A stretch of 64,000 bases of DNA from Candidatus Hydrogenedentota bacterium (GCA_036789645.1 DAIQLC010000002.1:22398-86397); one strand, 5' to 3'; positions 55,073 through 64,000 are shown, counted from the stretch's first letter. Made by a program: numbers and translations. The notes: generated from the sequence alone by a model not told the origin.

Positions 55073-57061
55073 GTGAAACTGGTCGCGGAAAAGATGTGCC
55101 GGTTCACCGCCGTCATCCTGCGTGACGACATGCCGGGCGTTCTGGAAACGGTTGCACGCGCGGGCGTGCTGCACCTGACCAGCGTCGAGGAAACCGAGGC
55201 CTGGGCCGCGGCGCTCGCCGATATCGACGTCAAGCGCCTCACCCGGGAGTGTGTCGAGCGCAAGGCGAAGCTGGAGGGCCTGTTCGGCGAAAAGCTGAGC
55301 GCGGAAGGTTCGCCCTTGCCCGCCGGTTTTGCCGAGGTGTCGGGCACGAGCCTGGCCGAGGTGGACGCGGTCATCGCAAATGCGGAAGCCGCCATCACGC
55401 CGCTTTCGGAATCGGGCATCCGGCTTGCCGACCGGCTTTCCCGGCTGGAGTCGACGCTGTCGGGCCTTGATGCGCTGGTTCCGTCGAATCTCCCCCTGGC
55501 CCGGCTGTTGCGTTCTTCGATGCTGTACACGGCGGTCGGCGTGCTGCCCCAGGAGCAGTTCCCGCGACTCGAAATGCTGCTGAAAGACGTTCCTTCGGTG
55601 GTGTTGCCATACCGCCGCATCGCGCGCGAAGTCCACGTGGTGTGTCTGGTGCTGCAGAAACACAAGGACACCCTCGGCCGGGCCCTGCACGATACGGGTT
55701 TTGTCGAGGCGCCGGTTCCGCGGGATGCCGCCGAGGTTACGCAGGAGGCCCGGGGCGAATTGCTCGATGAAGTGCGGTCTGTCGAGGCGCAGCTTGCCGA
55801 AAACCAGACCGCGCTGGCGGCTGCCCGGGAAACGGCCTGGCCTGCCGCCGCCATGGCCCTGCAGCGACTGAACGCCGGTCTGCTGATCCTGCGGATGCAG
55901 GATTTGTGTAAAGTCACCGACCGCACGTGTGCCTTTGCCGGCTGGGTCCCTCAGGATCGGACCGGGGCCCTGATTGACGCCATCCACGAACAAAGCCGCG
56001 GCCGCGCCATCGTCGAGGTGGCCGAAGCCGAATCGCTCGAGCCGGTCCAGGAGGGCAAGGTCGACGTCCCCGTGCTGTTCAACCGCCCGAAGTTTCTGCA
56101 GCCGTTTGCGCTGCTCACGGAGGGCTTCGACATCCCTTCCTACACGATGATCGACCCGACGATCTTCGTGGCGGTCTCGTTTCTGCTGATGTTCGGCATG
56201 ATGTTCGGCGATGTGGGTCACGGTCTGGTGCTGTGTGGTCTGGGGGCGCTGCTGATCTGGAAGTCGCCCCAGTACCGGGATATCGGCAAACTCGCCGTCT
56301 ATTGCGGCATGGCTTCGGCCGTCTTCGGGCTCTTGTACGGCAGCGTCTTCGGCCTGGAACACCTCCTGCCGGCCCTGTGGACCAAGCCGCTGGAGGGGAT
56401 CAACGACCTGTTTGCCTTCGCCATCGGGTTTGGGATCCTGTTTGTCAGCCTGGGCATCGTGCTGAACGTCCTCAATGCGATCCGCGCGCACGCGTTCTGG
56501 GAAACCCTGTTTGACGGCGCAGGCCCCCTGGTCGGGATCATCTACTGGTCGGGCATCGGTCTGGTCGTGAAGTCGTTTCTTTCCTCATCGCGGATGCCTC
56601 ATTCGGCGTGGCTGGTGGCGCCGATGGCGCTTGCCCTGACCGGGTTCCTGTTGAAAGGGCCCCTGCTCCGGTTGCTCGGCAAGCAGGAACGGGCGTTCCC
56701 GGAAGGCGTCATTACCTACGTGATGGAATCCGCCGTGGAGGTCATGGAGGTATTCATGGGGTACCTGGCCAACACGGTGTCCTTCATCCGCGTGGCGGCA
56801 TTCGGCCTGGCGCATGCCGGGCTGTTCGTGGCCGTATTCAGTCTGGCTGACATTGTGAGCGGGGCGCCGGGCGGCCGCTTCCTGTCGCTGGGCGTGATCC
56901 TCGCCGGCAACGTGCTCATCATCGTGCTCGAGGGCGTCGTGGTCACGATCCAGGCGTTGCGGCTTGAGTACTACGAGTTCTTTGGGAAGTTCTTCAACCG
57001 GAGTGGGCAGAAATACGCGCCCGTCGGAGTGTCGTCACCTCCGGCGGATGCGGCAAACTGA
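55073..57061 (+). CDS. V/A-type ATP synthase subunit I (a-subunit).
   Basis: Soluble coiled-coil N-terminal half followed by a multi-TM C-terminal half with the conserved Arg-containing helix (IQALRLEYYEFFGKFF). GTG start at 55073. Confidence 0.85.
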   Translation: MKLVAEKMCRFTAVILRDDMPGVLETVARAGVLHLTSVEETEAWAAALADIDVKRLTRECVERKAKLEGLFGEKLSAEGSPLPAGFAEVSGTSLAEVDAVIANAEAAITPLSESGIRLADRLSRLESTLSGLDALVPSNLPLARLLRSSMLYTAVGVLPQEQFPRLEMLLKDVPSVVLPYRRIAREVHVVCLVLQKHKDTLGRALHDTGFVEAPVPRDAAEVTQEARGELLDEVRSVEAQLAENQTALAAARETAWPAAAMALQRLNAGLLILRMQDLCKVTDRTCAFAGWVPQDRTGALIDAIHEQSRGRAIVEVAEAESLEPVQEGKVDVPVLFNRPKFLQPFALLTEGFDIPSYTMIDPTIFVAVSFLLMFGMMFGDVGHGLVLCGLGALLIWKSPQYRDIGKLAVYCGMASAVFGLLYGSVFGLEHLLPALWTKPLEGINDLFAFAIGFGILFVSLGIVLNVLNAIRAHAFWETLFDGAGPLVGIIYWSGIGLVVKSFLSSSRMPHSAWLVAPMALALTGFLLKGPLLRLLGKQERAFPEGVITYVMESAVEVMEVFMGYLANTVSFIRVAAFGLAHAGLFVAVFSLADIVSGAPGGRFLSLGVILAGNVLIIVLEGVVVTIQALRLEYYEFFGKFFNRSGQKYAPVGVSSPPADAAN

Positions 57062-57073
57062 AAGGTATCACCG

Positions 57074-57430
57074 ATGTACAAGGGAATCCAGTCTCAGAAA
57101 CGGGCAATCCGGGCATTGACCCTGGCGGGCATTGCGGTGCTTGCGGCGTCGCTCTGGAGTTCGGGGGCCTGGGCGCAGACCGGGGAAGCCGGACTGGCCC
57201 CCGCTCCCGATTCGCAGAACGCGGGTTGGGCTTATCTGGCCGCGGCGTTGAGCGTCGGGCTGGGGTGCGTCGGCGCGGGCATTGCGGTCGCCTACGTGGG
57301 CAGCGCCGCCGTCGGCGCCGTGGCCGAAAAGCCGCAACTCGCCGCCCGCACGCTGATCTTCGTCGGGCTCGCGGAAGGCATCGCGATTTACGGCCTGATC
57401 ATCGGCATTATGGTGCTGGGCAAGGTGTGA
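57074..57430 (+). CDS. V/A-type ATP synthase proteolipid subunit K/c: single 2-TM hairpin with a ~45-aa N-terminal signal-peptide-like extension.
   Basis: Mature part AGWAYLAAALSVGLGCVGAGIAVAYVGSAAVGAV...LIFVGLAEGIAIYGLIIGIMVL carries the ion-binding Glu in helix 2. N-terminal extension IRALTLAGIAVLAASLWSSGAWA|QT looks like a cleavable signal peptide. Confidence 0.75.
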   Translation: MYKGIQSQKRAIRALTLAGIAVLAASLWSSGAWAQTGEAGLAPAPDSQNAGWAYLAAALSVGLGCVGAGIAVAYVGSAAVGAVAEKPQLAARTLIFVGLAEGIAIYGLIIGIMVLGKV

Positions 57431-57431
57431 C

Positions 57432-57737
57432 ATGGTGCCGTTTATCATAGGAGACGGCCAGACCGTGCTCGGATTTCGCCTGGTGGGCGTCGAGGGCCGG
57501 GTGGCCAGCGGTCGTGACGACGCGCTGGCGGCGTTGAATGAGGCGCTCGACAACCGCGAGATCGGGCTCATCGTGATTCCTGAGCGGCTCGCGGCGGAGA
57601 TCCGCGACGAAATCGACGCGCGGCTTGCCGATGCCGGGTTCCCCCTGATCCTCGAAGTGGCCGATGCCGCCGGACCGATGCCCGGCCGGCCCGGTATCGA
57701 GGACATTGTCCGCAAGGCGGTGGGAGTCAGTCTATGA
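57432..57737 (+). CDS. V/A-type ATP synthase subunit F.
   Basis: ~100-aa protein, MVPFIIGDGQTVLGFRLVGVEG...GLIVIPERLAAEIRDEI, typical of subunit F. Confidence 0.75.
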   Translation: MVPFIIGDGQTVLGFRLVGVEGRVASGRDDALAALNEALDNREIGLIVIPERLAAEIRDEIDARLADAGFPLILEVADAAGPMPGRPGIEDIVRKAVGVSL

Positions 57738-58384
57738 GCGGCGATGCCCTGGACGCCGGAGGCCTTCAGATTGTCGAGAGCATCCTGTCGGATGCCGATG
57801 CGCAGGCCTCCCGCATTATCGACAGCGCCGAGAACGCGGCCCGGGCTGCGCGGGAAAAGGCACGCATCGAAGGAGAGCGCGGACGCGACGAGAGTCTGGT
57901 AAAGGCCCGGGAGCGCTGCGCGAAACTCCGCGCCCAGGAGCTCGCCACCGCGCGGATTGAGGCCAAACGGCTCCTGCTTGCGGCGAGAGAAGACGTCGCG
58001 GAACGCGTGCTCGGGCAGATCGAAGAGCGGCTGGAGGCCGTGCGGCGGTCCCCGGAGACGTACGCGCGGTCGCTGCGGAACCTTGCCGTGGAAGCCGTTG
58101 CGGCCATCGGCCGGCCCGAGGTGGTCTTGCGGATCAGCCAGACGGACGCCGCGCTTGTGAGCGGCGCCTTCGCCAGCCAGGTCGCGTCGGACGGCCGGGC
58201 TGCTGCCGCGGGCGTCTCCAGCGTGACGCTGCAACTGGACGCGCGTGATTGGGGCGGCGGCTGCATCGCCCAATCGCCCGACGGGCGCGTCGTCTATGAC
58301 AATACGTACCGGACGAGGATGCAACGCAAACGACGGGAGCTTCGTGCGATGATCGTCAGGGATGTGATGGACAGCCATGGCTGA
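57734..58384 (+). CDS. V/A-type ATP synthase subunit E.
   Basis: Long N-terminal coiled coil (IIDSAENAARAAREKARIEGE...) plus a C-terminal globular domain. Overlapping starts and stops with its neighbours. Confidence 0.75.
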   Translation: MSGDALDAGGLQIVESILSDADAQASRIIDSAENAARAAREKARIEGERGRDESLVKARERCAKLRAQELATARIEAKRLLLAAREDVAERVLGQIEERLEAVRRSPETYARSLRNLAVEAVAAIGRPEVVLRISQTDAALVSGAFASQVASDGRAAAAGVSSVTLQLDARDWGGGCIAQSPDGRVVYDNTYRTRMQRKRRELRAMIVRDVMDSHG

Positions 58385-60146
58385 ACGCATTATCGGAACG
58401 GTGAGACGGGTGGTCGGCCCCGTGGTTGAGGCCGGCAACGTCACCGGAGTGGAGATGCTCGAACTCGTCTTCGTGGGCGACGAGCGTCTTGTGGGCGAGA
58501 TCGTGCGGATCCGCGGCGATGTGGCCTGGATCCAGGTCTACGAGGACACCACAGGCCTTCGCCCCGGGGCGCCCGTCATTGGCCAGGGGGAGCCGCTGTC
58601 GGTGGAGTTGGGACCGGGCCTGCTGGGAAGCATCTACGACGGCGTTCAGCGTCCGCTCGACGTGCTGCGGATGCAGATGGGCGATTTCGTGTCCCGGGGC
58701 GTTCATGCGCCCGCCCTGTCGCGCGAGAAACGCTGGCATTTCCGCCCATGCGTGACGCCTCCGTGCCGCGTCCAGGGCGGGGCCGTTCTCGGGGTGGTGC
58801 AGGAGACGGAAGTGATCGAGCACCGGATCCTGACGCCCCCGTGGGTGGAGGGCGAACTGGTGCGGGTCGCCCCGGACGGCGACTATGGCATTGAGGATAC
58901 CGTGGCGACGGTGAGCACGCCGGGCGGCGACGTCGACCTCCGGTTTTTCCATAAATGGCCCGTTCGCAAGGGCCGTCCGTATGCCAAACGCCTGGCCTGC
59001 GCCGGCCCGTTGATTACCGGGCAGCGTGTGCTCGATACCCTGTTCCCCGTGGCGCGAGGCGGGGTGGTGGTGGTCCCCGGCGGGTTCGGCACGGGCAAGA
59101 CGATGGTGCAGCACGCCATCGCGAAATGGTGCGATGCCGATCTCGTGGTCTACATCGGCTGCGGCGAGCGCGGAAACGAAATGACCGGCGTGCTCACCGA
59201 GTTCCCCGAGCTGATCGATCCGCGCACGGGCAAATCGCTGATGGAACGCACCCTGCTCATCGCCAACACCTCGAACATGCCGGTTGCGGCGCGCGAGGCC
59301 AGCATCTACACGGGAATCACCATCGCCGAGTATTACCGCGACATGGGCTACAACGTCGCCATCATGGCCGATTCAACGTCGCGCTGGGCGGAGGCCCTGC
59401 GGGAATTGTCCGGCCGGATGGAGGAAATGCCCGCCGACGAGGGGTTCCCGGCCTATCTTCCGACGCGCCTCGCCGAATTCTACGAGCGTGCCGGCCTCGT
59501 CACCACACTGGGCGGGCACGAGGGAAGCATCACCACGATCGGGGCCGTGTCGCCGCCCGGCGGCGATTTCTCCGAGCCCGTCACGCAACATACCAAACGC
59601 TTTGTGCGGGCGTTCTGGGCGCTCGACAAGCAACTGGCCAATGCGCGGCACTATCCCGCCATCAGCTGGCTCGAGAGCTACAGCGAGTACATCGACGACG
59701 TGGCCCCCTGGTGGGACGAAAAGACCAATGAAAGCTGGCGGGAACTGCGTTCCGACATCATGGCCATCATGCAGAAAGAGGCCCGGCTCGAACACGTCGT
59801 CAAACTGGTCGGGGCCGATGTCCTTCCCGACAGCCAGCGGCTCATTCTCGAAGTGGCCGCCATGTTCAAGAACGCCTTTCTGCAACAGAACGCCTTCGAC
59901 AAGGTCGACGCCTTCTGCGTTGCGGAAAAACAGTACGTGATGCTGAACATCATCGTGACCTTCTACACCCTGGCCGCGGAGGCCATCCAGAAGGGCGTCA
60001 CCCTGGCCTCCCTGAAGAGGATGGACGTCGTGCGCGATATCATGCAGATGAAGTACGAATGCCCCAACGACGAGCTGAACCGGCTCGATACCTTGTTGAA
60101 GGAGCTCGAGGAATCGATTCATGAACTCACAAGCATCTACGGCTGA
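58377..60146 (+). CDS. V/A-type ATP synthase catalytic subunit A.
   Basis: P-loop GGFGTGKT, conserved GERGNE and the non-homologous insertion region typical of A subunits. 589 aa. Confidence 0.95.
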   Translation: MAERIIGTVRRVVGPVVEAGNVTGVEMLELVFVGDERLVGEIVRIRGDVAWIQVYEDTTGLRPGAPVIGQGEPLSVELGPGLLGSIYDGVQRPLDVLRMQMGDFVSRGVHAPALSREKRWHFRPCVTPPCRVQGGAVLGVVQETEVIEHRILTPPWVEGELVRVAPDGDYGIEDTVATVSTPGGDVDLRFFHKWPVRKGRPYAKRLACAGPLITGQRVLDTLFPVARGGVVVVPGGFGTGKTMVQHAIAKWCDADLVVYIGCGERGNEMTGVLTEFPELIDPRTGKSLMERTLLIANTSNMPVAAREASIYTGITIAEYYRDMGYNVAIMADSTSRWAEALRELSGRMEEMPADEGFPAYLPTRLAEFYERAGLVTTLGGHEGSITTIGAVSPPGGDFSEPVTQHTKRFVRAFWALDKQLANARHYPAISWLESYSEYIDDVAPWWDEKTNESWRELRSDIMAIMQKEARLEHVVKLVGADVLPDSQRLILEVAAMFKNAFLQQNAFDKVDAFCVAEKQYVMLNIIVTFYTLAAEAIQKGVTLASLKRMDVVRDIMQMKYECPNDELNRLDTLLKELEESIHELTSIYG

Positions 60147-61536
60147 AACCTCCCATCGCCGGCTGCTCGATGACCGCGAGTATGTGGGGCTTGACGAGGT
60201 GTCCGGGCCGATCGTGGGCGTAAGCGGCATTCACAACGTCGGCTACAACGAACTGGCCGAGATCGTTGACCGCCACGGCACTACCCGTCTCGGGATGACG
60301 CTCGAGGTATCGGAAGGCGCCGCCGTGATCCAGGTTTTCGAAGGCACCTCGGGGCTCAAGCTGGGCGATACGCGCGTGCGGTTCCGCGGCCATCCGCTCA
60401 CCCTGGCGGTTTCGGAGGAGATGCTGGGCCGGGCCTTCGACGGGCTGGGCCGGCCGTTCGATGGCGGCCCGGAGCCCATCGGCGAAGAACGCGACGTCAA
60501 CGGCCTGCCCGTGAATCCGACCGCGCGCGACTATCCCCGCAAATTCATCCAGACCGGCATTTCGGCGATTGACGGCATGAACACGCTGGTGCGCGGGCAG
60601 AAGCTGCCGGTGTTTTCCGGGAGCGGTCTGCCGCACCGCCAGCTTGTCGCCCAGATTACGCGCCAGGCCCGCATCGTCGGAGAAGACATTCCGTTCGCCG
60701 TGGTATTCGCGGGCATGGGAATCAAGCACGACGAGGCCCGGTTCTACCTCAAGAACTTCGAGGAATCGGGCGCGATGGAGCGCGTGGTCGCGTTCCTCAG
60801 CCTCGCGGACGCGCCCTCCGTGGAACGCCTCATGACGCCGCGGACGGCGCTCACCGCCGCCGAATACCTGGCGTTCGACCTGGGCATGCACGTGCTGGTG
60901 ATCCTCACCGACATGACCAACTATTGCGAGGCGTTGCGGGAGATTTCCACGCAACGGCAGGAGATCCCGAGCCGCAAAGGCTATCCGGGCTATCTTTACA
61001 GCGACCTGGCCAGCATCTACGAGCGCGCGGGCATGCTCCGGGGCAAACCGGGTTCGATCACCCAGATCCCCGTCGTGACCATGCCCAACGACGACATCTC
61101 GCACCCGATACCCGATCTCTCCGGGTTCATCACCGAAGGCCAGATCGTGCTGGACCGCGATCTCGACCAGCGGGGCATCTACCCCCCGATTGCGGGGCTT
61201 CCCTCGCTTTCCCGCCTCATGAAAGACGGCATCGGCGAAGGCATGACGCGCGCGGATCACGCGCATCTCGCCAGCCAGCTTTTCGCCTCCTACGCGCACG
61301 TGAAGGACATCCGATCGCTCGCGTCCGTCATCGGTGAAGAGGAACTGACGGCTCTGGACCGAAGCTACATGGAATTCGGCGAGATATTCGAGCAGCAGTT
61401 TCTGTCGCAGGGGCCTGAGGAAGACCGCTCGATCGAACAGACCCTGGACCTCGGCTGGAAAATCCTGCAGTCCCTGCCGCGTGAGGAACTTCACCGGATC
61501 ACGGAAGAGGAAATCAGGAAGTATTACGGAAGGTAA
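60121..61536 (+). CDS. V/A-type ATP synthase subunit B.
   Basis: Collinear with V/A-type B subunits (degenerate P-loop region [27 protein letters not shown]). Overlaps the A subunit gene by 26 nt. Confidence 0.95.
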   Translation: MNSQASTAETSHRRLLDDREYVGLDEVSGPIVGVSGIHNVGYNELAEIVDRHGTTRLGMTLEVSEGAAVIQVFEGTSGLKLGDTRVRFRGHPLTLAVSEEMLGRAFDGLGRPFDGGPEPIGEERDVNGLPVNPTARDYPRKFIQTGISAIDGMNTLVRGQKLPVFSGSGLPHRQLVAQITRQARIVGEDIPFAVVFAGMGIKHDEARFYLKNFEESGAMERVVAFLSLADAPSVERLMTPRTALTAAEYLAFDLGMHVLVILTDMTNYCEALREISTQRQEIPSRKGYPGYLYSDLASIYERAGMLRGKPGSITQIPVVTMPNDDISHPIPDLSGFITEGQIVLDRDLDQRGIYPPIAGLPSLSRLMKDGIGEGMTRADHAHLASQLFASYAHVKDIRSLASVIGEEELTALDRSYMEFGEIFEQQFLSQGPEEDRSIEQTLDLGWKILQSLPREELHRITEEEIRKYYGR

Positions 61537-61537
61537 T

Positions 61538-62167
61538 ATGGCCGGGAAGCACATCGCACCAACGCGGACCAACCTGCTGCGCCTGAAAGGCGAACTCGCC
61601 TTTGCGCGCTCGGGCTACGAATTGCTCGAGCAGAAGCGCGAGATCCTGATCCTCGAGCTCAAGCGCTTCATCGCCCGCGCCATCGAGGCGGAACGAAAGG
61701 CTGACCAGGCGCTGGCCGCGGCCTTCGACGCCCTGCGGGAGGCGCAGTTTGCCACCGGCGTGTCCGGTGTCGTCTCGGCCAGCCGCGCCGTGAACATCGA
61801 ATCGGGTCTCACGCTCCGCGAACGCCGCGTCATGGGGGTGCCGCTGCCCGCCGTGGAACTCCGCATGAACGACAATCCGCCGTATTACGGCCCCAGCGGC
61901 ACGTCCGTATGGACCGACGAGGCCGTTCTCCGGTTCAAAGAGGCGCTCGCGTCGCTTGCGGCCCTGGCGGAATGCCGCATCTCCGTCATGCGTCTCGCGC
62001 AGGAGATTCAGAAGACCATTCGCCGTGTTAACGCACTCGAACGCATCTTCATCCCCGACTATGAAGACAGCCTGCATCACGTGGAGGGTGCGCTCGAAGA
62101 GGCCGACCGGGAAGCGTTCTTTGTGCTCAAGCTGGTCAAGGACCGCCTGGAAGCCGAGGAGAAATAG
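61538..62167 (+). CDS. V/A-type ATP synthase subunit D (central stalk).
   Basis: PTRTNLLRLKGELAFARSGYELLEQKREIL... is the hallmark subunit D coiled coil. The ATG at 61538 follows the B-subunit stop after 1 nt. Confidence 0.9.
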   Translation: MAGKHIAPTRTNLLRLKGELAFARSGYELLEQKREILILELKRFIARAIEAERKADQALAAAFDALREAQFATGVSGVVSASRAVNIESGLTLRERRVMGVPLPAVELRMNDNPPYYGPSGTSVWTDEAVLRFKEALASLAALAECRISVMRLAQEIQKTIRRVNALERIFIPDYEDSLHHVEGALEEADREAFFVLKLVKDRLEAEEK

Positions 62168-62170
62168 CGT

Positions 62171-62662
62171 ATGCCCGCGTTCCCCAACTTCGGAAAGACC
62201 CTCGTGTACGTCGAGACCAACGAACGCGGTCTGGAGGCCGCCCGCTATGCCATCGCCTTTGCAAAGCGAAGCGGCGGCGAGCTTCATGCCGTTGCCGTTA
62301 TAAACGAGCGAATTCTGGAGGAGCTTACGAGGGCCCGCGTGTTTCTGAAAGAGGAAGGGATCGACCTGAAGCGCGACCTCGAAGAAGACGGCCGGCGGTA
62401 TCTTGCGCTCATGGAACGGCTCGCCCGGGAAAAAGGGGTGGCGGTCACCACCGAACTCCTTCGCGGCGTCGTTCACCGGGAAGTGCTCGACAAGGCCCGG
62501 GACATCAACGCCAGCCTGATCATCCTGGGCGAAATCGAGGAATCCCTGAGCCGGAAAGACATCACCTTCAACGAATCCGAACGGATTGTCTGCGACGCGC
62601 GGTGTCCGGTCCTGATTGTCAAGGGCAGGCGGCTGGTGAAGGATTTCTTTGATTCGGCATGA
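62171..62662 (+). CDS. Universal stress protein (UspA family).
   Basis: Usp fold pattern (LVYVETNERG...LHAVAVI...IILGEIEE...CPVLIVK). Starts 3 nt after the subunit D stop, so it is probably co-transcribed with the ATPase genes. Confidence 0.8.
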   Translation: MPAFPNFGKTLVYVETNERGLEAARYAIAFAKRSGGELHAVAVINERILEELTRARVFLKEEGIDLKRDLEEDGRRYLALMERLAREKGVAVTTELLRGVVHREVLDKARDINASLIILGEIEESLSRKDITFNESERIVCDARCPVLIVKGRRLVKDFFDSA

Positions 62663-62834
62663 TCGGGCCGCGGAATCGGTTTGACGGTATCCGCGCACTT
62701 CGTGTTGATTCTTGAACTCGAAACATCCGCGCGGATCACGAAGTCTAATACTTGGTATTTCAGTGAATGGCGCGGGCGGCGCCTGCAGGGAGCCCTTCCA
62801 GCGACCGTGCAGCAGCCCGCGTGGAGGTACAACG

Positions 62835-63299
62835 ATGGTATTGCAGGAATTGCTCAAGGCGAACACGATCCGGACCGATATCGGCCAGCTCGATAAATGG
62901 ACCGCGATTGAACGTCTTGCTGACCTTATTGTCGACAGCGGAAAGGCCACGGATCGCGCCGCCCTGCTCGACGCGATCCTGAACCGGGAGAAACAGGGGA
63001 GCACCGGCCTCGGGAACGGCATTGCCATCCCGCATGCCCGCACCGACGGGGTTCGTGACGTGGCCGTCGCGCTGGGCGTATCGGCGTCCGGCATGGATTT
63101 CGATTCGGCCGACGGAAAACCCTGCCACCTCATCTTCCTGATCGCCGCGCCGCTCCACGAATCCACCCGATATCTCGAGGCGCTCGCTGCCGTGGCCTCG
63201 CTTGGAGAGCGGGCGAGTCTGGTCGCGCAATTGAAGTCCGTCCGCTCCGTGGATGACGCCCTCGCGTTCTTCAAGTCGTACCGCAAACAGAGCGAATAA
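62835..63299 (+). CDS. PTS EIIA, fructose/mannitol/nitrogen-regulatory (PtsN-like) type, stand-alone.
   Basis: Phosphorylatable His motif GNGIAIPHAR. ~154 aa. RBS ggaggt before the ATG at 62835. Confidence 0.8.
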   Translation: MVLQELLKANTIRTDIGQLDKWTAIERLADLIVDSGKATDRAALLDAILNREKQGSTGLGNGIAIPHARTDGVRDVAVALGVSASGMDFDSADGKPCHLIFLIAAPLHESTRYLEALAAVASLGERASLVAQLKSVRSVDDALAFFKSYRKQSE

Positions 63300-63510
63300 C
63301 GCACGCCGGGATCCCGAACAGCCGCGTCCCTCTCCCGGAAACTGCGCCTCCACTGGTCATGCAGGGGGCAAGCGCTGGCTGTTCTGTCCTCGCCGTCTGA
63401 CGCCGGCCTGGCAGGGGACGGGAGCCGCGAAAACCGCGCGGCTGGGTCCGTATCCGGTTCAGGGGCAATGGGTTCGGACTCGATTCATCGGCTGAACTGC
63501 CGTATCGCTA

Positions 63511-63554
63511 TTGACAACCGAGGCGGGATCTGGTAGGTTTCGGACACGTGTCCG
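63511..63554 (+). promoter_or_regulatory. Sigma70-like promoter (TTGACA-17-TAGGTT, with TG at -15/-14) immediately followed by a perfect 14-bp palindrome cggacacgtgtccg (operator-like), upstream of the partial NPCBM-GH gene.
   Basis: TTGACA at 63511-63516, TGgTAGGTT at 63531-63539, palindrome at 63541-63554. Extra half-site-like repeats tccggacg follow at 63550-63575. Confidence 0.35.
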
Positions 63555-63659
63555 GACGCGGGTGCGGATTCCGGACGAGCGTGCGCTGAGGGGCGATGGC
63601 GGGCACGGCCGGAGCGCCGAAACGGGCCCGCCCGAGCTTGCAGTCAGGGGGATCGTGCA

Positions 63660-64000
63660 ATGACGGGACTTCTCTTGGTCACACTTGCGGCACACATGGC
63701 GACATCGGCCGTGCCGAATGCCCTGGAACTGGACGAAGCGCGCCGGTGGGCGGCGGCACGGTTCGAGGGGAAGGCGGAAGCCGCCGCGTTGCGCACGGGC
63801 ATCCAAGTGGTGGCGAACAACGACCCGGTCCAGATGAACGCCCGCGGGGGGCGTCCGCTGCGGATCGCGGACATGGAGTACAGCCGGGGGCTGTACTGTC
63901 ACGCCGTGAGCCGCGTCGTGGTGTATCTTGCCCAACCGGGGAAGCGGTTTGAGGCAGTCGTGGGGGTGGACTCGAATGAGCAGACCAGCGGCGGCCGGGG
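63660..64000 (+). CDS. 5' part of a second NPCBM-domain glycoside hydrolase (3'-truncated by the window edge).
   Basis: ATG at 63660 with RBS cagggggatcgtgca. Hydrophobic N-terminus MTGLLLVTLAAHMATSA. LRIADMEYSRGLYCHAVSRVVVYLAQPGKRFEAVVGVDSNEQ parallels the NPCBM segment of the GH36 protein at 50905..53415. Absent from the ORF track because no stop lies inside the window. Confidence 0.55.
   Translation, partial: MTGLLLVTLAAHMATSAVPNALELDEARRWAAARFEGKAEAAALRTGIQVVANNDPVQMNARGGRPLRIADMEYSRGLYCHAVSRVVVYLAQPGKRFEAVVGVDSNEQTSGGR

Noticed and set aside
54665-63304. Long minus-strand ORFs antisense to the ATPase operon (54665..56491, 60127..61572, 61514..63304)
   Set aside because: The plus strand encodes unmistakable V/A-type subunits I, A, B and D plus UspA and EIIA. 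The antisense frames are GC artefacts.
1-64000. Search for CRISPR arrays, IS elements, integrases, rRNA
   Set aside because: The only strong repeat is the 2280-bp coding tandem duplication, and it has no spacer-repeat periodicity. No transposase or integrase-like ORFs and no rRNA-like conserved stretches were seen.

Overview
This is a high-GC (about 65%) bacterial chromosomal window. Antisense frames rarely hit stops at this GC content, so the six-frame track is full of long mirror ORFs; I assigned strands by recognisable protein-family signatures, signal peptides, RBS spacing and operon logic.

The window is a glycan-utilisation island rich in exported enzymes:
- Two TAT-signal Gfo/Idh/MocA oxidoreductases; one is directly followed by an exported xylose-isomerase-like TIM-barrel protein.
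- A DUF1080 (3-keto-disaccharide hydrolase family) protein.
- GH2, GH28-like, GH36+NPCBM (one complete, one partial at the 3' edge) and GH43/130-like beta-propeller enzymes.
- Several very large secreted proteins with no recognisable family.

Other blocks:
- A minus-strand sugar ABC operon: dual-NBD ATPase, permease, a permease fused to a periplasmic binding domain, and a URO-D-like barrel.
- A Spy/CpxP + MacA-like adaptor + MacB-type ATPase/permease operon ending in a LITAF-like zinc-ribbon membrane protein.
- A small stress cluster (GlsB/YeaQ/YmgE, AqpZ, HerA-like DUF853 ATPase).
- A PLP-dependent transsulfuration enzyme.
- A 3'-partial Ser/Thr kinase and an OmpA-family protein.
- A complete V/A-type ATPase operon (G/H-C-I-K-F-E-A-B-D) followed by UspA and an EIIA(Ntr)-like protein.

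Most unusual:
1. A 1551-aa ORF that is an in-frame tandem duplication of a ~760-aa uncharacterised GH-like module.
2. Immediately downstream of it, a TAT-exported Cys-rich protein that is itself an internal tandem duplication (DUF1284-like).
3. A candidate periplasmic oxidise/eliminate glycoside-cleavage gene set.
4. Several perfect palindromic operator-like sites next to promoter-like hexamers.

No rRNA, tRNA, CRISPR or mobile elements were found. Lineage guess (inference only): a PVC-superphylum-like or similar glycan-degrading organism.
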